Assembly: GCF_006345805.1 (NCBI RefSeq)
Contig: NW_021834785.1
Coordinates: forward strand, 1-64,000
From: Octopus sinensis
Lineage: Eukaryota
Length of the DNA: 64,000 nt
Reading direction: 5' to 3'
Shown here: positions 12,637-23,487 of the stretch, one piece after another
Layout: every line of letters begins with the position of its first letter
Numbering within the stretch: position 1 is the stretch's first letter
The notes under the pieces: model-generated
What the model saw: only the letters and a program-made list of their open reading frames with translations
The model's database searches: none
What the model was told of the DNA's origin: nothing
Translations under genes and position numbers: made by a program

Positions 12637-13325
12637 GACCATCTCGTCTCGGGATGACCTGTGCTGACACCAAACAAATACAAAAATCGCCACGATAGTG
12701 TAAGACAGTATTTACATTGGAAAATATGTAAACTCTACAAAATCAGCATTCGTTCTCACTGGTATAAACATCATCCTGAGCCAGTCGTTGAAGGTAAAAA
12801 TGTCACTATCGTCTGGGATTTTCCAGTCAATACTGACCGCATGATCTAGGCTAATCGACCAGACATAATTATTAAAGACATGGACTAAAATACTTGTAGA
12901 CTAACAGATGTAAGTGTTGCTGCTGATAAAAATATATCTGTAAAGGAATTTGACAAATTAAGTAAATATAATGACCTGGAAATTGAAATACAAAAGATGT
13001 GGCATCTCAAAGCGAGAACTGTTCCTATTATTGTAGGCACTATAGGTATGGTAAAAAAAAAGGGATGTCAGAAACATCTAGATAAGATCCCAGGGGAAGC
13101 ATGCCTCAGAGAAATCCAAAAGATTATGCTGACAAGTACTGCCCATATCCTTAGAAAAGCCCTATCCGTTTAAATGCTTGTGTTGTATTACATGAAGATA
13201 TTAGGCTGCTGCCCCTGGCAATCTTTCAGTCATACTGTAACATCTCTTATCCTTCACTCGCCCAGGACGCTGGGTGTGTCTCGGCAAATGATTGTAACAA
13301 ACATGCTGCCTGAAAGTAAACAATA
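12637..13325 (+). mobile_element. R4/Dong-like fragment, endonuclease end plus 3' UTR (family B)
   Basis: DHLVSG*PVLTPNKYKNRHDSVRQYLHW..WDFPVNTDRMI*ANRPDIII..KEFDKLSKYNDLEIEIQKMW..HILRKALSV* (stop 13171-13173); several internal stops; 3' UTR differs from family A. Confidence 0.9.
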
Positions 13326-14313
13326 GTAATAATACACACATATTTACATACACGTGTATATTGATGCATTCCTACTGATATTAATAACAATGTATAGCCA
13401 GACTTAGCCAGATTTTCAGAATAACTTTTCTTATCATAATTGAATCTGATTTTAAAAATAAGCAAACAAAGAAACAAGAGAAAAAAAAGCCCAACAAAAT
13501 CGTAAAGGAGTGGCAAAGTACATTTCCTTGATGTCTATCTATAAGTGACTAGTATCGATTCTGGATGTTTATCAGTGCAATATTTCATCTGAAAATATGT
13601 ATAATAGCAAGAAGACATTACAGTTAGATACTGACGAGAATAACATAAGCGGGACCGATGGTAAATACTATAGCTGACACCTCTGACTACACATTCAACT
13701 GTTACTAGGTCAATGGATCGCTTATGATATCTTATAATAGTATACAGAACACACCCACATCTAACAATACCAGAAAGTGGAAACCTAGCTTTAAGGTTCT
13801 TCATTGTAGGATCGAACTCTGAGCAGTCTCTAACACACTCCACAATTAATATGCGTTATCCACATTAAATTATCACTCTTTATATTCGAGACGTAGAAGC
13901 TCCAAATTACACTGATATTTTTACTGCAACCCTTCACTAAACAGAGAAACAAGAAAACCCGAGAATATCCTGGAATATCTACATTGTCACTCGAACTACT
14001 AGAAAGAACAGCTGAAATATTTTCCTTACATCACACACATTTTACATTATTGAAAGACACATTGACACACTGCCTTTCTATATTCTATTCCATATATATG
14101 CATGTATATTTGTCTGGTAGTGAGATACCGCAGATCTTTAGGAGAAGAGCATAACGAGAACATCCGACTCATTGAGAAACCGGAGACGTTGCTCTTGCTT
14201 GTTTCTGAAGTGAGTTGCATTGAAGGTAGGAAGTCTTAGTGGTGTTGTGCAAACTTAATCATTTAAATTTAGGTGCGGGTATTATTGACAGCCATTGTAT
14301 CTGACATCTAGGA

Positions 14314-14645
14314 TATGTATGTATGTATGCATGTATGTATGTATGTATGTATGTATGTATGTATGTATGTATGTATGTATGTATGTATGTATGTATGTAT
14401 GTATGTATGCATGCATGTATGCATGCATGCATGTATGCATGCATGCATGTATGTATGTATGTATGTATGTATGTATGTGTATGTATGTATGTATGTATGT
14501 ATGCATGTATGTATGTATGTATGTATGTATGCATGTATGTATGTATGTATGCATGTATGTATGTATGTATGCATGTATGTATGTATGTATGCATGTATGT
14601 ATGTATGTATGTATGTATGTATGTATGTATGTATGTATGTATGTA
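14314..14645. repeat. Long (TATG)n/(CATA)n microsatellite with TGCA interruptions
   Basis: About 330 bp of tetranucleotide repeat; source of the YVCM and HTYI ORFs. Confidence 0.98.
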
Positions 14646-14649
14646 CGTA

Positions 14650-15215
14650 TATATACGTGCAGGTTTGTATATTCTGTTATATATATATATATATCTTTTC
14701 ATGCATATAATTGCATATCTAGACATGCTCATATATATTTAAATGATAAACTTCTGGAAAGTCTTAGAGATTTTTACAGTTCTAGTGATGGAATGGATCT
14801 GTAGTCTTCGAATTAGCTTTCTCCTTTCTGGTTTTGAGAAGCCTAATTTCTCAAGATTGGTATTTAGGCATTATGTTACTTATTCTCTTGTCCCAAGAAT
14901 TACAGGTATAAACCTGAACTTGTATTCTGGATAGAGTAACTGCAGATTTCTCTACAGTTCAGCGTAGGTGTTCTCTTTTTCACTGATCTTTAGCTCTTAT
15001 GTTAACATCTACTGGGCAGCTGATTGCCACAACTGTTCACAGTATCTCTTCTGTATACCGAATCATTATATCAGGTCTGTTGTGCTCACATTTTGTTGAG
15101 GTTTTCACTGGAACAATGCACCAGGACTCCTTTTTTAATCATCAGTGGCTATGGCTTCCACTATACAGTGCGTTCTTATTTCCTTGTCCTCGGGGGTTAT
15201 CCTTTCCACGGATCT
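14650..15215 (-). mobile_element. R4-like endonuclease fragment (family D), (CATA)n-flanked
   Basis: My translation of the minus strand: KTSTKCEHNRPDIMI..VAISCPVDVNI/ELKISEKENTYAEL*RNLQLLYPEYKFRFIPVILG..LEKLGFSKPERRKLIRRLQIHSITRTVKISKTFQKFII* (stop 14741-14739; NRPDI at 15081-15067). Confidence 0.8.
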
Positions 15216-15844
15216 CGTTATACTGTGTTTATATGTATGTATGCATGTATGTATGTATCATGTGTGTGTGTGAACGCACGTGCATGTGTGTGTGTGTGTG
15301 TGCGTGTGTGTGTGTATCTGTGTGTACGATCCTCTCTCGGATTAAAGGATAGAATTTTGAAAAATGGATTCTCTGAAAAATTTGTTTTATGAATAGAATA
15401 AAAATTCATAACATTCACATGAATACAAACATACCTTATATACATAAGCACACACATTCTTCGACATTCAAGGAAGCAAACAAACACATACATTCATTCA
15501 AACGCATGCATGCACATACTGGCTCTTTCGCTTCTCATATACACTTACATACACATACAAACACAAGCACTCATATGAATGCATAAGTATATATGCGTGT
15601 CAATGAGTGTGTGTATCAGTGTGTAGGGTAAATGAAGGACTAAAGGTAAGTGAAAGTCTTGAAAATTATGTAAAAAAAAAGTTGGGAGAGAAATTAGAGA
15701 TGAAATACACACACATGCACACACGCATACACACACACATACACAACATATGTATGTATGTATATGTATATATAAATATATGTCTGTCTCTTTGTGCGTA
15801 TATATATATACATATAAATATATAAATATAATTATATATGTATA

Positions 15845-15893
<49 letters not shown>

Positions 15894-15929
15894 TTATATG
15901 TATATATATATATATGTGTATATATATAT

Positions 15930-15982
<53 letters not shown>

Positions 15983-16347
15983 ATATATAATGCATATATA
16001 TATATATGTATTTATATATATATATATAGACACTCAGACAATAAATATTTAGTGACCAAGTAGAGATCGATATAGATACATACAAATTATACATACACAA
16101 ACATATATAAAAATATGCATAAGTACATCATACTTATATGCATATATGAATGTATGCATGTGCGTATGTATGTACGTATTCATGAGTGTGTGTCTTAGCG
16201 TGCGTGCGTGTGTGAGTTGTATGTATGGGAAATTGATGGGTGGATAGATAGGTAGAGAGATTATTGACACCTAGATATACACACTGTTACACATTTAAAT
16301 AGGCAGATAAAAAGATACATAGTTTATATATGCCGACTGAGAGAGAG

Positions 16348-16380
<33 letters not shown>

Positions 16381-17168
16381 CAAAGTGTCTAAGAGAAGTG
16401 AATTGATGTTTGACGAGAAAAGTCCAACAGAAACGGTGAAAAATGAAAAAACAACAGATATTAAAGTTTTGGCTGTTTCCCAACTTTTAAAAGATATTTG
16501 GCATTATTTGGCATTGTCTTGTTATTTTGACATCGTGTTGTTTTAGCTTTTGTTGTTGCGATTGTTGTTGTTGGTGGTGGTGGTGGCGTTGGTGTTGTTT
16601 TTGTCGATAATCTTGTTTACGTTGTTGTTGTTGTTGATATTAGTGTAACTGGTTTCGGTGTTGGTGTTGTTGTTGTTGCCATTATTAATGTTACTCTTGT
16701 ATTTGTTGATGGTGTTCTTGTTGTTTTTGCCAGTATTACTCTTGTTTTCGGTGATGTAGATCTTTTTGTTGTCGTTGCTGGTGTTACTCTTGTTTTGGTG
16801 TTGATTTTATTGTTGTTGTTGTTGTTGTTATTGATATCACTTTTATTGTTGTCGATGATGATGTTAGTAGAGCTACCTTTATTTATGGTGTTACAATTGT
16901 CCTGATATTACTGTTGTTGTTGGTGTTACTATTTAGCCCTAATAGGGATCAGTCTAATAGGGATTGTCATTAAAGGCATTCTGGCTATAATCATCCCGTC
17001 TTTTTTTTAGACCTTGTTTATCTTGGAGTGCATTATTTAATGTGTCATTCATTTAAAGACAGTAAGGTGCGATTTGAAGGAATATTAGCTGCCATTTTTT
17101 GCTGATAGTCTTGTTGTTGCTATTGCTGTTTATCCCCAAATCAACTCGTTGTGGCTACTAAATTTGCT

Positions 17169-17290
17169 GCCATAGGTAGTGCAATGACCAAGTGGTTAGA
17201 AAGTTCGATTCGAAATTATGGGCTACCGAGTTCGATCCCACTCTGTTGCATCTTGGATAAGTGTCTTTTAAAATATCCTCAACCTATTTT
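17169..17290 (+). mobile_element. Old tRNA-headed CORE-like SINE
   Basis: A-box-like tgaccaagtggttag, B-box-like gagttcgatccc, then cttggataagtgtctt. Confidence 0.5.
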
Positions 17291-17768
17291 AACTTGGGTC
17301 CTCTTGTGCTGTTCAATACATTGGGGCTGCAAGTTTCCTCCACCAGGTTTGGTTTGCTGCTACACTTGTATATCCATTATACGTGGGTTGACTGTTTTCA
17401 AGCCATATTGATATGTTCACTGCCAAGTGATCTTCGGCCCGTCCCTTTTAAGCTTGCTAACAAGTAATACCCAAGTCATACATGTTTTCGAATGCTGTTG
17501 ATCTGCTAGATGACGAATGTTGCCAGCAAGGCTGAATCGGTGCTCCTATTCAACTTCTTGCACTTTTCAGAACTTCCCTCTTTGTGACATGGTACCATCA
17601 TTTGGCCCTCAGGATTTCTCTGAGCCGCCTTTGATAGAAAACATTGAGTTTTCTGTCCGTCCTTATAGAAAGGAAAATATTTGACTCTCAGATATGCGGT
17701 ACCTGCAATGAAAACTCTCGCCTTTATAAAATGTACTGCACTAATTTCGTCTGAAAATTACCTCAAAG

Positions 17769-18012
17769 CAGTGGTTCTCAGCCATTTTTTGCCTATGGAC
17801 CTCTTTGATCTCTGTTTTACTTGAGTGAACTTTCATAGCCATTCGATGTTTAAAAAATCCTAATATAGTTTTATAATTAAATATATTAAATATATTTTTA
17901 TAATTAAATATTAAAAAATTATTGAATATTTCGTGGAATGTAGAAGTATAAACAATTTATTGCGCATAAATTTCTACAACAAAATATTATATGGACCCTC
18001 ACCCCAAGGGCC
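17769..18012 (+). mobile_element. hAT-like non-autonomous element, one end only
   Basis: Begins CAGTGGTTCTCAGCC, typical of hAT/Charlie termini; AT-rich interior; matching right TIR not found. Confidence 0.45.
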
Positions 18013-19207
18013 ATATATTTATACCTCGAAGGTATAAATATATCTGTTGAATTCAATGAGTAGGGAGCTGACAGCATTGGACAATTGAAATGGCTATAGT
18101 CGACACTGACGGAAGTCCCATTATTTATGTAAGTTATTGTTATTTTTGTTATTAGGTGTGTTGGTGTTGTTAATGTTGTTGCTGTTGTTAAGCAACAAAA
18201 CGTGTGATGGTCTAGGGCTTAGGGGCGGGAGACCCCAGACCTTGGAAAAAAAACTTTGGTCGTCTTGTTGTAGTAGAGGGCTCTTCGTTGACGCCCGACA
18301 CCACTGGGAGGTGGCCCTCGAAGTCATTGGAGATCTCCAGGTCCAAATTCTTGAACGGCTGTTGCTGGTGGTGATGGCAGCAGTGGTAATGCTTGGCTCT
18401 TGGTCCTCTCTGATGGAGTAGGTCGATGGTCAGATGCATTCCAGTTATGATATTAAGGCTTCTTTCTTCTTTTCAGGCATAATGTATATAAGATTATGTT
18501 AACTAGTGCATCCTTTTCTATAACATGGCGGCAGGATTTGATATAAGGTGAGGTTTTAATGCTATTTCTCGTAGGTAGAACTATCACTTCGAGTCAGTTA
18601 ACGTTGTTGTTAGAGGTGGTGTTGGAGTTGGTAGTGGTATTGGTGCCAGCAGTGGTGGTGGTGGTGTTAATAGTGATGCTACTAGTGCTGAGGTTAATAG
18701 TGTTAGAAGTCGTGATGATGTTGTTAGTAGCGGTGGTGATGTTAGTGGTGGTGCTGTTGTTGGACTTAGTGGTACTGGTAGCGGTGTTGGTGGTGATTAT
18801 GGTAGAGATGCTTCTAATGGTGAGGCTAATGGTGCTGGCAGTAGTGTTGGATTCGATGTGGGTCAGAGCAGTGATGTTAGAGATGGTGTTGGGGCTGGTA
18901 GTGGTGTTGTTTTTGGTGATAGTGATGGTTTTGGCGTTGGTGTTGGTGGCTGGGGTTGAATTGATCTAATTCAACAAAATATTGATTTCTGTTTTCGGAT
19001 AAATAACAACAATTTTCTCAAGACCATTGGTGATGTAAGAGAAGTGGAACAACTTCAGTTGAGCTTGAAACATGTTCGCAGTCTCAACTTTCATGAAACT
19101 TACGTTATCCGTACATATCTCTACAAAATTCTAAAATATATTGATTTTAACTGAGTGGCACAAAACTACTAATTTGATGGAGATGAATAAATCGACAATA
19201 AAATATG

Positions 19208-19555
19208 ACAAGAGCACTCAGAGAGCGCAAACCACCACCAAGGTAATACCAACGTACTCTCAACAATTAGCCAGAGATGATTTTTAAAATGAGAATATCT
19301 GAAATAAACTCGAGTGCTTTCACAAACGAGAATACTAAAACTGAACCCAACCGCTCTCAAAAATTAAGTTAAAAAAGCAGGAAAAATAATCTAGAATCCT
19401 TTTCCGGTACCTAATCGATCCTAAAAATCTAATCAGATTGTGCTAGTCACGAGGCATAACATCTCTGATAGTTTCATCCGAATCCATCATGCGATTCTTG
19501 AGATATCTTGTCCACGGACAAACAAACACGACTGAAACAATACCTCCGCCTTCGC
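19208..19555 (-). mobile_element. Helentron/DINE-like non-autonomous element, copy 1
   Basis: Minus strand: ggcggaggtattgtttcagtcgtgtttgtttgtccg...ggattcggatgaaact...tttgcgctctctgagtgctcttgt, with a 3' GCGCTC/GAGTGC hairpin; second copy at 22784-23128. Confidence 0.65.
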
Positions 19556-19734
19556 AGTTGAAATATGTCACAAATATTTTAATTAACCTAAAGTTTGATT
19601 ATGTCTAAACATAACTAGTACTTGTTTTATGAACTCCAGAGACATGTAAGAGGAAAGTTAGCCCAGCTGGACTTTGAATTCATCGCTATCACTAAACATA
19701 ATATTTCTTTCTAATTTTGGCAGAATAACAATAA

Positions 19735-19915
19735 TTTTTAGAGAAGGGAAAATCCATCATATCGAACCCAGTCGTCAACTGGTATTCGTTTAGGCGATTC
19801 AAAGGACGAAAGGAAGACCTCAGCAGTATTTGAACTCGGAACGTAAAGTATCGGAAGGAATGCCTCTAAGAATTTTGTCCGACGCGCTGACGATTCTGTC
19901 AGTCATCCCAACGTT
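19735..19915 (-). mobile_element. Degenerate Nin-like SINE
   Basis: Plus strand atcgaacccagt...ggacgaaaggaagacctcagcagtatttgaactcggaacgt...gacgattctg is the reverse complement of the family. Confidence 0.6.
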
Positions 19916-20153
19916 TGCAATAAAATAATATTAATTTCTATTAACTGGGGGCAGCTTTTGAGATTTACGGGTAGTGTGGAATATGGTCTACTGACGTTGA
20001 AACCTTTTCTCAAAGCAACTGTTAGATATTGAGTACATATTGCTGCTGTTCAACCTGGGTTTGATCTCATCTAGCAAACCTATGACGAAAGACATTACTA
20101 CTTCGACCATCTCATCTTTTTGTATATATTCTTGTTAATTTAAGACAATAGTT

Positions 20154-20202
<49 letters not shown>

Positions 20203-20381
20203 TACACTTCCAATATTAGGATAAAATTTGTTTTCATAAAAAAAAAATTCAGCAAAGTGGCAGCATTTTAAAATACCTTTAAAGGTGAAAATTCTAAACA
20301 ATTATAAAGGGCAAAAGAAAAAAGATTTCTATGCCAATATATTGATATAGAAATCTTTTTTCTTTTCCCTTGTTTATAATT

Positions 20382-20456
<75 letters not shown>

Positions 20457-21110
20457 TTTGAACAACCGCTTGAATGCCCATCTTTTAAAACAGTGATAGC
20501 TACCCGGAATCGAGGGAGAACGGATTCGTATTTATAGCAGGTGAGTCAACCATGTAGAAGCTCCCTCATTGGCTGATTGAAAATAAATATATCAATCAGA
20601 GAGTGTCAGCGTTGACAGAGACGATACTACATTAGTAGATATTCATAAAACTAACGTTTCATAGAGTGAAAGTGTCTGACTGGAGGAAACCGTACTATCG
20701 TATTAGACTCATGTGTCAGATACCGTACAGATGAGCGGTATTTCTCATATAATTGACAATTCAGTACGGTGGGAGACCTTGTGATATGCAATGTCATTAG
20801 ATGACATCGACACGTGAGCTACAGCTGCTGCTTCGATCTACAAATCTCCATTCACTGCATCAATAAATGATCTCATCGAAGTACACAGCATCTCTTTCGC
20901 TGCTACAATCAATATTTTATCTTCACTCTAGCAGCGTTTACTATTTCTAATCAGTAAGTTTAAGTGCTCTTTCCCATAGTAACGCTTCAGCAACCCTGTT
21001 AACATCATCATCATCATCATCATCATCAATCATCATCTTTATAATTCATAATTTGAAAAACAACTCAAGACTTTCTTGTTTTAAATCAAGTTATGTAATA
21101 TTGGAAAACA

Positions 21111-21111
<1 letters not shown>

Positions 21112-21164
<53 letters not shown>

Positions 21165-21187
21165 TGATGATGATGATGATGATGATG

Positions 21188-21221
<34 letters not shown>

Positions 21222-21244
21222 TGATGATGATGATGATGATGATG

Positions 21245-21342
<98 letters not shown>
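21112..21342. repeat. Compound (AAT)n/(GAT)n microsatellite
   Basis: Alternating AAT and GAT blocks; source of the poly-I/poly-M ORFs. Confidence 0.98.
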
Positions 21343-21343
<1 letters not shown>

Positions 21344-21384
21344 GTAAAGACAGTCGAAATACTGCTAAGCATTTCGCCCGGCTA

Positions 21385-21545
21385 TAGGCACAGGGCCTGA
21401 AATTTTGGGGAGGATCATAGTCGATTACATCGACCCCAGTGCGTAACTGGCACTTATTTAATCGACCCTGATAGGATGAAAGGCAAAGTTGACCTCTGCG
21501 GAATTTGAACTCAATGCGTAAGTACGATTCTGCCAGTTCGCCGCC

Positions 21546-21547
<2 letters not shown>
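21385..21547 (-). mobile_element. Nin-like SINE with internal deletion
   Basis: Minus: aaggcggcgaactggcagaatcgt..tgagttcaaattccgc..gcctttcatcctatcagggtcgattaaataag. Confidence 0.8.
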
Positions 21548-21619
<72 letters not shown>

Positions 21620-21794
21620 AATAATAATAATAATAACCATAGTGTTTTCTATTATAGACACAAGGACTGAAATTTTGGGGAAGGTATCTAAGTCGATTAG
21701 ATCGATCTCAGTAATAATTATTACTATTATTATTATTGTTGTTGTTGTTGCTGCTGTTGTTGTTGTCGTCGTCATTGTTATTGTTAGGACATTG

Positions 21795-22000
21795 AGCTGA
21801 CCGAATCGTCAGCACGTCGAACAAAATACTTAGCGGCATTTCTTCCAGCTATTTACGTTGTGAGCTCAAATTCCGCGTAGGCCAAGTTCGCCCTTCATCT
21901 TTTCGGGGTCGAAAAAATAAGTACCAGTTGAGTACTGGGGTCGATGTAATTGACTATCCCCCCCCCAATTTCAAACCTTGTGCCTATAATAGAAAAGATT
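21795..22000 (+). mobile_element. Nin-like SINE, tail Y
   Basis: gagctcaaattccgcg..catcttttcggggtcgaaaaaataagtaccagttgagtactggggtcgatg..cttgtgcctataatagaaaag. Confidence 0.75.
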
Positions 22001-22676
22001 ATTATGTTTCCAACAATTTCATGTAAATTACTACTATACTCCATCACTCCGTAGAGTGTTCACAATTGTCTGAGCGATGGAGTATTGCGATTCTTTGTTA
22101 CATCAGTTTTGTTTTTGTTGTGGAGTTTTGTTTTTTGTTTCTACTGTGTTTTTAGCTTTTCGCCTATTTTGTGTTACATGGGTTTTATTATTTTGCGGGG
22201 TGGTGACTGAGCTTCTTATGTGATGTGCATTTGGTGTTGTGTCTTATGTAGGACAGTAACTGAGAAAATCTATATACTTTTTGTTATTGTTGCTATCGTT
22301 GCCGGTGTAATTTTGTTGTACGTGTTAGTTGACTTGTATAGTTGGCTGTAATTTTTTCTTGTATTTCTTGTTGTTATCGCAACCAAATGTTTGTGTATTG
22401 AGGTCAGATTGCAGGGTTCTCCAGTCTGCCAGGTTTTCCTCTTCTCTCATCTTCAACCTCTGAAATGTTTGTAATCTTTCCTGTCGCTCTGGGCTTCTTT
22501 TACTCTTCAAGGTTAAAAGTGCGTTGAGGCCATACCTGTAAGTGCCTGAAGCTGTGTGAAAGTTGTCATTGTTTGCATTCACGTGGCAGGGTAAAAATCA
22601 ATTAAGATCTACAAGAGTCTTGCAATTTGAATAAAGGTGTAGGATATGAAAATGAAAATAGTGCAAATAGCAGATC

Positions 22677-22722
22677 ATTTTACCCCAGTGTCACTTTGAT
22701 GGCATGCACTGCTCTCTCACGC
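22677..22722 (+). mobile_element. ~560-bp element, 46-bp 3' tip (copy 3)
   Basis: attttaccccagtgtcactttgatggcatgcactgctctctcacgc followed by (AAT)n. Confidence 0.8.
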
Positions 22723-22783
<61 letters not shown>

Positions 22784-22785
<2 letters not shown>

Positions 22786-23128
22786 CAAGAGCACTCAGAA
22801 ATCGCAAACTTCCGCCAAGACAACACCAACGTCCTCTCAACGACTAGCCGGAGATGATTTTTAAAATGAGAATATCTGAAATAAACTCGACTGCTCTCAC
22901 AAACGTGGATACTAAAAATGAACACGACCGCTCTCAAAAATTAAGTAAAAAAAAACTGGAAAAATAATCTTGAATCTTTTTCCGGTACCTAATCGACTCT
23001 AAAATTCTAATCAGTTCGTGCCAGTCACAAGGCCAAACATTCCTGAAAGTTTCATCCGAATTCGTCCAGCGGTTCTTGAGATATCTTGTCCACCGACAAA
23101 CAAACAAACAAACAAGCACGACTGAAAA
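22784..23128 (-). mobile_element. Helentron/DINE-like non-autonomous element, copy 2
   Basis: Collinear with 19208-19555; 3' part on minus reads cttggcggaagtttgcgatttctgagtgctcttg. Confidence 0.65.
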
Positions 23129-23157
23129 CAACAACAACAACAACAATAATATATGCA

Positions 23158-23221
<64 letters not shown>

Positions 23222-23487
23222 GGCAGAAATATATACGTTCTTGAAGTGACAAAGGGCAATAATCAGCACCAGTAATGCTAGAAATAAGAGTGAAAACAAC
23301 TCAATAACCACAGAAGCACTATCTTAATTACTGACAAGGGAGGCAAGCTCCCTACGGTAACAGATAGTGAGCCAGATCATCGATGATTTTGCAATTTGCA
23401 TATGCACACCATACATACATACTACATACATACATACATACATATACATACATATATATTATATAATATATAATATATATATAAAAA

